From assembly GCA_964650485.1 (NCBI GenBank), contig CAZYTX010000014.1:3890-67889 (forward strand): a DNA stretch of 64,000 nt, in the 5' to 3' direction. Below, piece by piece: positions 9,760-18,553 of the stretch; the stretch's first letter is position 1; every line of letters begins with the position of its first letter. The position numbers and the translations under genes were made by a program. The DNA is from an uncultured bacterium (GTDB lineage Bacteria > RBG-13-61-14 > DATKZS01). The notes below the pieces were generated by a model, which did no database searches, had not been told where the DNA came from, and saw only the letters and a program-made list of their open reading frames with translations.

Positions 9760-11210
9760 TGGATGACATGGACTACGAAGCGGTCATAGGACTCGAGGTG
9801 CACGCGCAGCTTTTGACCGAGACCAAGATATTCTGCGACTGCTCCACCGCGTTCGGGGCAGAGCCCAACACCCACGTGTGCCCGGTGTGCCTTGGCCTTC
9901 CCGGGGTGTTGCCGGTCCTGAACCGGCGGGCGGTGGAGATGGCCCTGAAGACGGCGCTGGCGCTTAACCTGGATATAAAAGACACCAGCATCTGGGAGCG
10001 GAAGAACTACTTCTACCCCGACCTTCCCAAGGGCTACCAGATATCCATGTACGCGTATCCATTGGCCGAGCACGGCTGGCTGGACATAAAGACCGACGGG
10101 GAGGAGCACCACATCGGCATCACCCGGCTGCACATGGAGGAGGACGCCGGCAAGCTGGTGCACTCCGAGGATGCGTTCGCGCATGCGCGGGCAAGCTTCG
10201 TGGACTTCAACCGTAGCGGGGTGCCCCTGATGGAGATAGTGTCCGAGCCCGACATCCGCACCCCTGAGCAGGCAGGCGCCTATCTCCGCTCTCTCCGGGA
10301 TATCCTCGTATACCTGGAGGTGTCAAACGGCAACATGGAGGAGGGGTCATTGCGCTGCGACGCCAACGTGAGCGTGCGCCAGAAGGGGGGCGAGTACGGC
10401 ACCCGCACCGAGCTCAAGAACATGAACTCTTTCAGGAACGTGGAGCGGGCCCTTGAGTACGAGATCAGCCGTCAGAAGAGGGTCCTGGACTCGGGCAAAC
10501 ATGTGGTGCAGGAGACCAGGCTGTGGGACGACAAGGCCAGCAAGACCGTGTCAATGCGCGGCAAGGAGGAGTCCCACGACTACCGCTACTTCCCTGACCC
10601 CGACCTGCTCCCCTTGAAGGTGGACCCCGAGTGGGTGGAATCCATAAAGAAAACCCTGCCCGAGCTGCCCGTGGAAAAGCGCAGGCGTCTCCAGGAGAAC
10701 TACGGCATACCAGACTACGACGCCTCAGTGTTGGTCTCGGACAGGGGCCTGGCGGATTACTACGAGAAGACCGTGGCCCGGGACGCCGATGCCAAGAAGG
10801 CATCCAACTGGATCATGGCCGAGCTCATGCGCGAGCTCAAGGAGGATGAGCGACCGGTCTCCGAGTGCCCGGTGACGCCCGAGGGCCTGGCGGAGCTTAT
10901 CAAGATGGTGGACTCTGGAGAGATCACCGGAAAGATCGCAAAGTCCGTGTTCAAAAATATGTACGAGTCCGGCAAGGGTCCCAGGGAGATAGTGGATGAA
11001 CAAGGTCTCGCGCCGATGGCCGACCAATCCGAGATCGAAAAGCTTGCCAGGCAGGCAATAGACGAGAACCCCAAGCAGGTGCAATCTTACAAAAAGGGAA
11101 AGACCAAGGTGATAGGATTCTTCGTGGGACAGGTGATGAAGGCCACCAAAGGAATGGCTGACCCCAAGGCCGTGAACCGGATCGTAAAAGAGATGCTCGA
11201 CCGGGAATGA
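9759..11210 (+). CDS. gatB: Asp-tRNA(Asn)/Glu-tRNA(Gln) amidotransferase subunit B
   Basis: GatB homology begins at [18 protein letters not shown] (ATG 9759, TAATG junction with the gatA stop). The listed 804-aa ORF is only an upstream in-frame extension across gatA. Confidence 0.93.
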   Translation: MDDMDYEAVIGLEVHAQLLTETKIFCDCSTAFGAEPNTHVCPVCLGLPGVLPVLNRRAVEMALKTALALNLDIKDTSIWERKNYFYPDLPKGYQISMYAYPLAEHGWLDIKTDGEEHHIGITRLHMEEDAGKLVHSEDAFAHARASFVDFNRSGVPLMEIVSEPDIRTPEQAGAYLRSLRDILVYLEVSNGNMEEGSLRCDANVSVRQKGGEYGTRTELKNMNSFRNVERALEYEISRQKRVLDSGKHVVQETRLWDDKASKTVSMRGKEESHDYRYFPDPDLLPLKVDPEWVESIKKTLPELPVEKRRRLQENYGIPDYDASVLVSDRGLADYYEKTVARDADAKKASNWIMAELMRELKEDERPVSECPVTPEGLAELIKMVDSGEITGKIAKSVFKNMYESGKGPREIVDEQGLAPMADQSEIEKLARQAIDENPKQVQSYKKGKTKVIGFFVGQVMKATKGMADPKAVNRIVKEMLDRE

Positions 11211-11328
11211 TGTGTATGAGCAAAGAAACGGGGGCGGATTTGAGCCAAGAGCAATATGATGATATATAATCCTGTAAGTGCAGATCAATTGATTCGGGAC
11301 GATAATTGCCGCTGGAAAGGGGTGAGCA

Positions 11329-12120
11329 ATGGTTGATTGGGACGAGGTATTCGAAGACATAGACTGGAAGAGGGGAATAGTCTACCTTGTAGCCGGGCTG
11401 GTGGTGATCGGGGCGGTGGTGTTCGTGCTCCTTGACTGGCACCGGGCAAACGCTTTGGAGGAGCAGTTGAACCACGACCTGGAGCAGGCCAGGAATTTCC
11501 ATGAGACCTGGTCGCCGCCGGGACAGGGTGAGCTCCGGGAGCTGGAACAGGAAAAGCTGCAGTGGGTATCGAGGATCGAGCAGGCCCCGGTCAAGCTGCC
11601 CAGGGAACTTTTTCCCGAGGAGTACGAGTCCGAGCTTAGAAGGCTTGCCAGCCGCTACAACGTGGATATAAAGAGGCTCTCGGTGCAGGATGAAACCACC
11701 GAGGGGTACGCGCTGGTGTTGCCGGTGGAGATCGTTTTTTCAAGCGGGGACCTGGACAATGCGGCCAGCTTCCTCTCTGCCATACACAGGATGGACGAGC
11801 CCCTGGCTGTGAAGAGTCAGCCGCTCCGGCTGGGCGGGACCATGAGCGTGACCGTCGAGTTCTACGGGTTTGACGAGGAGGGCTGGGAGGACGTGAATAC
11901 CTGCGACGTAAAAAGCACCATCCCGGATTTGGGCTACCGCGACATTGACAAGGTCTTCATATTCAAGAGTCGGCTCCAGGATCTCAAGTCCAATGTGGAC
12001 CAGGAAGCGGCCACACTCGCGGACACCAAGAAGAAGTTCACACAGGCGTGCGAGCTGCAGACGGAAGTCGACCGGCTGCGCACAGAGTATGAGATAATAC
12101 AAGAGAACATCGAGGAGTAA
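11329..12120 (+). CDS. Hypothetical membrane-anchored coiled-coil protein (PilO/GspM-like topology, tentative)
   Basis: 263 aa. One N-terminal TM helix (IVYLVAGLVVIGAVVFVLL), then a coiled-coil segment, a mixed alpha/beta region and a second C-terminal coiled coil. RBS-like GGAAAGGGG lies upstream. I recognise no family with confidence. Confidence 0.5.
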   Translation: MVDWDEVFEDIDWKRGIVYLVAGLVVIGAVVFVLLDWHRANALEEQLNHDLEQARNFHETWSPPGQGELRELEQEKLQWVSRIEQAPVKLPRELFPEEYESELRRLASRYNVDIKRLSVQDETTEGYALVLPVEIVFSSGDLDNAASFLSAIHRMDEPLAVKSQPLRLGGTMSVTVEFYGFDEEGWEDVNTCDVKSTIPDLGYRDIDKVFIFKSRLQDLKSNVDQEAATLADTKKKFTQACELQTEVDRLRTEYEIIQENIEE

Positions 12121-12183
12121 AGGCTCTCGCATCCTTGACACCCGGCCTCAATCTTGAAGCCATGCCCGTGTAAAATCCCGCTA

Positions 12184-13185
12184 ATGACCTACGTAATCCA
12201 TGGATGGGTACACAACCCGGGAGCGCATTGCGCCTCCACGGCGCTCTCTGATGTCATGAGCTTTTACGGGCATGAAATGGACGAGCCCATGTGCTTCGGG
12301 CTGGGCTGCGGCCTCGGATTCGCCTACTTCCAAAGCCGGAACATGAGCCCCACCTGCATGACCGCAACCAGGAGCAGGATGCTCGAGCCCCGCTTTTTCC
12401 AGAACATGGAACAACACTTCAATTGGATCACCGACCCGGACCCTGAACACTCTCTCCAGACCGCAAAGGATCACATAAGCCAAAACCGGCCCCTGCTACT
12501 CCGGGCGGACATAGCACACCTCCACTACTACAACACCAATACCCGCTTCCCCCCTCACGTGATCGCCATGTGGGGGTTTGATGACAAGCAGGAGACGGCC
12601 ATGATAGCGGACACCGGCTGGCAGGGCCTGCAAAAAATACCTTACCGCGACTTCAAGCTCGCACGCTACAGCGGCAACGCCTATATCCAGAACAAGGGCG
12701 ACCACTTCCCAGTGGTCCTGGACGACAAATTGCCGGACATCACCTCGGCCGCGCGCAAGGCCCTGCTGGCACAGGCAAAAGACCTCGCAGGACTGGAGAG
12801 CGAGATGCCGGCGGTGTTCGGGTTCGAAGGAATGGAGAGGGCTTACAAACACATGCCCGGGTGGGCAGAGGCCCGGGACTGGAAGTGGTGCGCCCGCTGG
12901 TTCTACCAGGTCATCGAAAGGAGGGGCACCGGCGGAGGGGCCTTCCGGCTGCTCTATGCCAGGTTCCTGGAAGAGCTCGCCGGGCTGGACCCGGCATTCG
13001 AAAAGACAGCGCCCGCGGGCGAGATGTATGAGATAGCCGGGCAGTGGACAGCGCTCTCCGAGGCGCTGAAAGAGATAAGCGAACAAGAGGAGCCAAGGGG
13101 GTTCGACGAGACCTCGGCCATGCTCGAAAAGATAAAGCACCGCGAGGAGCGCTTCTTCCAAAGGGTCTTGCAAGAGCTGTCATAG
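12184..13185 (+). CDS. BtrH_N/DUF4872-like protein (papain-like peptidase fold family, tentative)
   Basis: N-terminal GAHCASTALSDVMSFYG...GLGCGLGF resembles the BtrH N-terminal domain. The start is uncertain: the ATG at 12184 (MTYVIHG...) or the listed TTG at 12154. Confidence 0.5.
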   Translation: MTYVIHGWVHNPGAHCASTALSDVMSFYGHEMDEPMCFGLGCGLGFAYFQSRNMSPTCMTATRSRMLEPRFFQNMEQHFNWITDPDPEHSLQTAKDHISQNRPLLLRADIAHLHYYNTNTRFPPHVIAMWGFDDKQETAMIADTGWQGLQKIPYRDFKLARYSGNAYIQNKGDHFPVVLDDKLPDITSAARKALLAQAKDLAGLESEMPAVFGFEGMERAYKHMPGWAEARDWKWCARWFYQVIERRGTGGGAFRLLYARFLEELAGLDPAFEKTAPAGEMYEIAGQWTALSEALKEISEQEEPRGFDETSAMLEKIKHREERFFQRVLQELS

Positions 13186-13365
13186 GCGGGTCGTCCAGAG
13201 GCAGACAAGACCGCGTAACAATACCATCAATTACCACCACTATGATGAAGCATTACTTAACTTAGTAAGGGTGTATGTAATGAATTTATAACCGATCGAG
13301 CTGTCTTTGCACTGGAATCATATACGTGCTAAACAATGGCCTTGACCTGGCAAGGGGCTTTGAAA

Positions 13366-14124
13366 ATGCATGATCTCGAGGGAGTACGGGCCCTGGTGAC
13401 CGGCGCCGGCCGGGGCATCGGCCGGGCCATAGCCTTTAGGCTCTCGGACAAGGGCTGCAAGGTGGCCGTTTCCGACCTGCTGGCGGACAACGCGAATGAG
13501 ACAGCGGAGGGCATAGCGGACAAGGGCGGGCAGGCGGTTGCCATCAGCGCGGACGTGTCAAAGCAGGCGGACGTGGAGCGCATGGTCAAGGAGGCCGCGT
13601 CATGCCTTTCCGGTCTTGACGTGCTGGTGAACAACGCGGGCGTCTCAACAGCGGGCTTTATCGAGTCGGTCACTGACGATGATATCGAGCGGGTGCTCTC
13701 CGTGAACCTGGTGGGGGTGCTTCGCGTCACCAGGGCCGCGGCCCCGCTTCTCAAGGCCAGTGGCCGGGGCAGGATCATCAACGTATCCTCGGTCGAGGGC
13801 ATACGCGGCTCCGGGCTTGTGCCGGTGTACAGCTCGACAAAGGCCGGGGTGCTGGGGCTCACCCGGTCGAACGCGATCGAGCTGGCACGCTTCGGCGTGA
13901 CCGTGAACGCGGTGTGCCCGGGACCCATCCAGACCCACATGCTGGCGCCCATGCTGGCGGACGAGAAGTTCAAGGAGAAATGTATAAGGGGCGTGCCCAT
14001 GAGGAGGCTGGGTGTTCCTGAAGACGTTGCCGGCGCGGTGTGCTTCTTCGCATCCCTTGAGTCTTCTTTTATCACCGGGCAGCACCTGGTCATTGACGGG
14101 GGCATGACGGTGAAGGCGCTGTAA
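13366..14124 (+). CDS. Short-chain dehydrogenase/reductase (FabG-like)
   Basis: TGAGRGIGRAIA cofactor motif, NNAG, catalytic YSSTKAG, and C-terminal ITGQHLVIDGGMTVKAL. The ATG at 13366 has AAGGGG 8-9 nt upstream. The listed ATG at 13336 is an alternative. Confidence 0.85.
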   Translation: MHDLEGVRALVTGAGRGIGRAIAFRLSDKGCKVAVSDLLADNANETAEGIADKGGQAVAISADVSKQADVERMVKEAASCLSGLDVLVNNAGVSTAGFIESVTDDDIERVLSVNLVGVLRVTRAAAPLLKASGRGRIINVSSVEGIRGSGLVPVYSSTKAGVLGLTRSNAIELARFGVTVNAVCPGPIQTHMLAPMLADEKFKEKCIRGVPMRRLGVPEDVAGAVCFFASLESSFITGQHLVIDGGMTVKAL

Positions 14125-14129
14125 AATAA

Positions 14130-14151
14130 TTACATGCTACTATCTATGTAA
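14130..14151 (+). promoter_or_regulatory. Perfect 6-bp inverted repeat upstream of the TA cassette; candidate operator or promoter region
   Basis: TTACATgctactatctATGTAA lies just before the RBS AGAGGAG (14157-14163) and the ATG at 14169. Confidence 0.35.
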
Positions 14152-14168
14152 AAACCAGAGGAGAATGG

Positions 14169-14402
14169 ATGATGGAAGAGCTAAAACGGATTACACTGGA
14201 CCCCGAGATCATGGGTGGCAAGCCCTGCATCCGCGGCCTCCGGATTACGGTGGGAACGATTGTCGGCTTGATGGGCGCTGGTCGCTCAGTCCAGGAGATT
14301 TTGGAAGCTTATCCTTACCTGGAGGAGGCTGACATCAAGCAAGCCTTGGCTTATGCAGCCTGGCGCTCGGAGGAGGCGGAAGTTAAACTGGCCGGCCCAT
14401 GA
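14169..14402 (+). CDS. DUF433-family protein (putative antitoxin)
   Basis: 77 aa. ITLDPEIMGGKPCIRGLRITVGTIVGLM...ILEAYPYLEEADIKQAL is the typical DUF433 core. It has a 4-nt ATGA overlap with the next gene. Confidence 0.8.
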   Translation: MMEELKRITLDPEIMGGKPCIRGLRITVGTIVGLMGAGRSVQEILEAYPYLEEADIKQALAYAAWRSEEAEVKLAGP

Positions 14403-14767
14403 AAATCCTTGTTGATATGAACCTCTCGCCGCAATGGAGAGCAGTGCTGGAAAAGCATGAGTTTACCTGTCGGCACTGGTCCGAGGTGGGAAAGCCCGAC
14501 GCCTCGGATAAAGAGATTATGCAATGGGCCCTGAAAAACGGATACGCCCTCTTTACGCATGACCTGGACTTCGGAGCCATTCTTGCCGCCACGCAAGCTT
14601 CAGGACCCAGTGTCATCCAGGTGCGCGCTCCGGATGTCTTGCCTTCAGCTATTGAGTCCGTCGTTGTTCGCATTTTTCAAGAGTTCTCGAGAGAAATTGA
14701 GATAGGAGCGTTGATCTCGGTGGACAGCGCCCTGTCGAGAGTGCGGATTCTGCCCTTGAAAAGATAA
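14399..14767 (+). CDS. DUF5615-family PIN-like protein (putative toxin)
   Basis: 122 aa. MKILVDMNLSP...DKEIMQWALKNGYALFTHDLDFG is the typical partner of DUF433 proteins. Confidence 0.75.
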   Translation: MKILVDMNLSPQWRAVLEKHEFTCRHWSEVGKPDASDKEIMQWALKNGYALFTHDLDFGAILAATQASGPSVIQVRAPDVLPSAIESVVVRIFQEFSREIEIGALISVDSALSRVRILPLKR

Positions 14768-14785
14768 AAGGGTAATTTTGCCGGG

Positions 14786-14905
14786 AGAATCGGGCCGTTC
14801 AATAAAAGGTCCGGAGTGGCGGACTTCCTGCCCTCCGAGGAAGACTCGTACATCATCGGCGATGTGCTGGTGATTGACGGAGCATGACGGTGAAGGCGCT
14901 TTAAA
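14786..14905 (+). pseudogene. Frameshifted 3' remnant of an SDR paralogue
   Basis: It translates to GRIGPFNKRSGVADFLPSEEDSYIIGDVLVIDG, then is shifted by a 1-nt deletion (GACGGAGCATG versus GACGGGGGCATG) before MTVKAL-stop. The last 25 nt match the end of the intact SDR gene at 23 of 25 positions. Confidence 0.6.
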
Positions 14906-14997
14906 CGCCAAGCCGCCGAGGGAAGAAGAGGACGCCAAGAAGATATGGAAAAGTCAAAGATATTTCCATTTGTGGGTGAAAGAAAGGAGTGATAAAA

Positions 14998-16161
14998 ATG
15001 GCGATGGGCAAAGAGGACATGGCCGCGTTCAGGGACATGGCGCGCTCTTTTGCAAAGCGCAGCATCGCTCCCATCCTGGAGCACGACTCTCCCGACGGTG
15101 ACCTCTCCAGGGTGCCTGAAGTCCTGGACCAGGCTTTCGAGACCGGGCTTTTGAGCTCGCCCCTGCCGGATGCTCCCGGCCACGAGGCCGGCATATGGGG
15201 CAGAAGCACACTGGAAGAGGGGCCGCACTCGTCGCTCGTGCTGCTCCAGGAGCTATCCAATGCCTGCGCCGGAGTGGCCATGAACGTGCATGCCCTGGGC
15301 CTTGCAAGCCTTGTGGTATCCATGGCGGAGAAGAGACCGGCCCAGGTGCCGGACCGGCTGGCAGTGGCGCTCTTTGAGAACGGCTTCCCGCCCGGGCCGG
15401 GAACCATCATGGACCCCGGTGCACACGGCCCGGCCGGCATCCGCACCCGGGCCGAGCGAGATGGCGCCGCATACGTGATAAGCGGGAGCAAGGAGTTCGT
15501 GTACATGGGCCACGGGTCCGAGGGCTTTGTGGTGTTTGCAATGCTGGGTGACGACTGGTCCGCGCTTCTTGTGCCCGGAGATTCACAGGGACTGACCGTA
15601 AAGGACGCGGGACACAGGATGGGGCTCCGGGCGTGTCCGCTGGTGAACGTGGAACTTGACCAGATGAAGGTTCCCGCGGATGCCCTGCTCGGGTTTGACC
15701 GGCCCATGCCCGAGGTGGTGATGGAGGTGCTCAGACTGTGGTGGCTTGGGACCCTGGCAATAGGCTCTGGCGTGGTCAGGAAGGCCCTGGACTCGGCGCG
15801 CCAGTACGCGTACGAGAGGTACCAGGGAGGCACCGAGATAATAAACCACCCCGGGGTCAACGCGCTGCTCCTGGCCGAGGTCGAGGCCAGGGCACTCCAG
15901 TGCGGGACGCTGGTGGAGATGGCAGCCGAAGGCACGGGCGCGGCCATCGAGTCCCTGCTGTTCGCGGCCAGGTCGAGGCTCTCGGGCCTTGCAAGCGCGG
16001 CATCCGCGGTCACGGACTCGCTCCAGGTGTTCGGCGGTTACGGCTACATGGAGGACTACCCCATGACCAAGCTATACAGGGACATTAACACCCTGAAGAG
16101 GGCGGGCGGCGGGCCGAGGGACCTCGAGGCCATGATAGCCGGCCTGTCAATGGAGTCCTGA
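14998..16161 (+). CDS. Acyl-CoA dehydrogenase-like protein, apparently lacking the canonical catalytic Glu
   Basis: ACAD-length ORF with an ACAD-like C-terminal helix bundle. Where canonical ACADs read I-YEGT, this protein reads TLKRAGGG. AAAGGAG lies 8 nt before the ATG at 14998. Its stop is 1 nt before the next ACAD start. Confidence 0.75.
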   Translation: MAMGKEDMAAFRDMARSFAKRSIAPILEHDSPDGDLSRVPEVLDQAFETGLLSSPLPDAPGHEAGIWGRSTLEEGPHSSLVLLQELSNACAGVAMNVHALGLASLVVSMAEKRPAQVPDRLAVALFENGFPPGPGTIMDPGAHGPAGIRTRAERDGAAYVISGSKEFVYMGHGSEGFVVFAMLGDDWSALLVPGDSQGLTVKDAGHRMGLRACPLVNVELDQMKVPADALLGFDRPMPEVVMEVLRLWWLGTLAIGSGVVRKALDSARQYAYERYQGGTEIINHPGVNALLLAEVEARALQCGTLVEMAAEGTGAAIESLLFAARSRLSGLASAASAVTDSLQVFGGYGYMEDYPMTKLYRDINTLKRAGGGPRDLEAMIAGLSMES

Positions 16162-16162
16162 C

Positions 16163-17470
16163 ATGTACCTTCCCACCCATCCGGAGAAAGCCAAGGAGCA
16201 CATGCCCTTCCTGGGAAGACTGATGGTGAGGAAGCGCTACGGCGACTTCTGGGAGGAGGAGACGCGTACCCTTCCGTGGACCATGAGGTCCCTGCGCAGG
16301 AGGTACAGGGCGTTTGCGGATCAGTTCATAAGGCCCCGGGCATTGGAGGTTGACAAGGACGTGTCAGCCCTGGACAAGGAGGCGCTGTTCAGGGAGTACG
16401 CGAGCAGAGGGTGGGCCACTGAGCTCTTGCCCAGGCCGGTGGGCAGGATGAAGCTCGCCTGCATAAGGAACTACGGCATGCACACGGCTCTCAAGATGGA
16501 GGAGCTGTGCGCGGCCTGCGGGGGCATAGCCCTCATGCTGGGGGCTCACGACCTGGGCGTGGCCCCGCTCCTCCTCTGCGGGCACTTGCGCACGCACATA
16601 AGGTGGACCATGCCCCTGTACCGGAGGATCAACAAAGGCGAGAACCTTATCATGGCCTTTGCTATCACCGAGCCGGGTGCAGGCTCGGACGTTGAGGAGA
16701 CCGAGGGCGCCATGAAGGCGAGATTGGTGACCAGGGCGAGGAGAACGGACGGGGGCTACAGGATATCCGGCCGCAAGGTGTTCATCTCCGACGGGGGTAT
16801 TGCCAGATACGTGACCCTGTTCAGTTGCCTGGAGGACGAGGGGGCGGAGAGCTGGACCTGCTTTGTGATCGAGAGGGGCATGGAGGGCTTCTCCCTGGGC
16901 AGGCAGGAGAAGAAAATGGGGCAGAAGGCAGGCGACGCCACCGAGCTGATATTGGAGGACGTATTGGTGCCGGAGAGGAACCGGGTGGGTCCCGAGAGGT
17001 CGGGCTGGGCCCTGAACCGGGTGGTGCTGAACCTGTCCCGGCCCATTGTGGGCGCCATTGCCCTGGGCACAGGCAGGGGCGCGTTCGAGCACTGCCTCGA
17101 ATTCTGCCGGAACACCCGGCTTGGCAACAAGCCCCTGGTGCACTTCCAGGAGGTGCAGCTTGCGCTTGCCGAGATGATGATACAACTGTGGGCCGCAAGG
17201 TCGCTCATATGGCAGGGTATAATGAGGTTCATGCCGCCCCTGCCAGCGGCATCGAGCGCGTCCAAGATTTTCGCCTCCGACACCGCGGTGCGGGTTAGCG
17301 AGATGGCCATGGACCTCATGGGCGACCACGCCTACATGCACGGCAGAGGCGTTGAAAAGGCGCTCCGGGACGCAAGGCTCACCCAGATTTACGAGGGGAC
17401 CAACCAGATCAACCGGCTACAGGTGATCGAGGACCTGTGGGAGTCGGACGTGGCCAGGGGAGTGGAATGA
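16163..17470 (+). CDS. Acyl-CoA dehydrogenase
   Basis: ITEPGAGSDVEETEG and C-terminal RLTQIYEGTNQINRLQVIEDL, with the catalytic Glu context present. Confidence 0.85.
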   Translation: MYLPTHPEKAKEHMPFLGRLMVRKRYGDFWEEETRTLPWTMRSLRRRYRAFADQFIRPRALEVDKDVSALDKEALFREYASRGWATELLPRPVGRMKLACIRNYGMHTALKMEELCAACGGIALMLGAHDLGVAPLLLCGHLRTHIRWTMPLYRRINKGENLIMAFAITEPGAGSDVEETEGAMKARLVTRARRTDGGYRISGRKVFISDGGIARYVTLFSCLEDEGAESWTCFVIERGMEGFSLGRQEKKMGQKAGDATELILEDVLVPERNRVGPERSGWALNRVVLNLSRPIVGAIALGTGRGAFEHCLEFCRNTRLGNKPLVHFQEVQLALAEMMIQLWAARSLIWQGIMRFMPPLPAASSASKIFASDTAVRVSEMAMDLMGDHAYMHGRGVEKALRDARLTQIYEGTNQINRLQVIEDLWESDVARGVE

Positions 17471-18306
17471 AGACCGCGATCGTGGCCTCCATCTCCCCCA
17501 CCTCGTTCGAAGCGCTGGCACTTTCAGATGACGTGACCCGGGCATTTAAGCTCGTATCTGATTACGGGTTCAACGGCATTGAGATAGCGGTGCGCGACCC
17601 TGACCAGGTGTCTGCAAAAGATATGCTCAGGCTGTGCAGGGACTACAACCTGGAGATAGCTGCAATCGGCACGGGCCAGGCATACGTGGAGGACGGATTG
17701 AGCCTCACCAGCACGGACCGGGAAAACAGGAAGAGGGCAAAGGAGCGGCTGAAAAGGCACATTGAGCTCTCGAGTGAACTTGGAGCATTGGTGATCATCG
17801 GTCTGGTCAGGGGCAAGGTAAGCAAAAAGAGCGAGGCGCCAAAGGCCCTGGACCTGCTCCTCGAGTGCATGGCCGAGCTTTCTGAGTACGCAAAAGCCGT
17901 GGGCGCCCCGGGTCTCCTCATCGAGCCTATAAACCGCTACGAGACCGGGATCATAAACTCGGTTCAGGAGGCCGCCGAGTTCCTGGACCGGCTAAGGGGG
18001 CTGCCCGTCAAAATACTTGCCGACGCCTTTCACATGAACATCGAGGACAGGGACATGGCCGCTAGCTTAAGGGAAGCGGGCCACAGGCTGGGCCACGTGC
18101 ACCTGGCAGACTCGAACAGGCGCGCGCCCGGGCAGGGACACATCGAGTTCGAGCCGATCATTAAGGCACTACATGAGATCAACTATAAGGGGCATCTGTC
18201 GGCCGAGATTCTGCCGGAGCCCGACCCGGAGAGCGCTCTCCAGCTTACCGCGGAGTTCTTTGACAGGACATTGGGGCTAAAAAGAAAGCTGGAGATGGAT
18301 GAATAG
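17467..18306 (+). CDS. Sugar phosphate isomerase/epimerase (xylose-isomerase-like TIM barrel)
   Basis: The ATG at 17467 overlaps the upstream stop (ATGA). ...GFNGIEIAV..., HVHLADSNRRAPGQGHIEF is typical of AP_endonuc_2/TIM-barrel family members. Confidence 0.78.
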   Translation: MKTAIVASISPTSFEALALSDDVTRAFKLVSDYGFNGIEIAVRDPDQVSAKDMLRLCRDYNLEIAAIGTGQAYVEDGLSLTSTDRENRKRAKERLKRHIELSSELGALVIIGLVRGKVSKKSEAPKALDLLLECMAELSEYAKAVGAPGLLIEPINRYETGIINSVQEAAEFLDRLRGLPVKILADAFHMNIEDRDMAASLREAGHRLGHVHLADSNRRAPGQGHIEFEPIIKALHEINYKGHLSAEILPEPDPESALQLTAEFFDRTLGLKRKLEMDE

Positions 18307-18524
18307 AAGCAATGCAAATTGCGCTACCAGAACCTGGCGCGTTTGGGCACAGCTATTGCGTTTAAGCTTTATGTGCTCGAGATCGTGAAGGATATCTGAT
18401 AACCACGGGTTCTCTTAACCAGGATGTCATGCTCCCATCCTTATATCTGATTATAGCAAACCCTTGGCGGCAGGGCGTTCAAAAGAGGAACACAGGGTCC
18501 ACTGGCCGTTTGTAAAATTTGCGT

Positions 18525-18553
18525 TTGACAACCCCCTCTTGCTCTGGTATAAT
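18525..18553 (+). promoter_or_regulatory. Perfect sigma-70 consensus promoter with extended -10
   Basis: TTGACA (18525-18530), a 17-nt spacer, then TGgTATAAT with the -10 at 18548-18553. It lies in an AT-rich 650-bp non-coding spacer. Confidence 0.55.

Noticed and set aside
14901-16013. Long antisense or off-frame ORFs throughout the window. Examples are 14901-16013(-), 16364-17341(-), 3796-4635(+), 24276-25103(-), 26557-27582(-), 43078-44121(+), 60849-61826(-) and 62756-63958(+).
   Set aside because: All lie inside well-supported genes on the other strand or in another frame. They are rich in Arg, Pro, Gly and Ala with no recognisable motifs. This is the usual shadow-ORF effect of high GC3.
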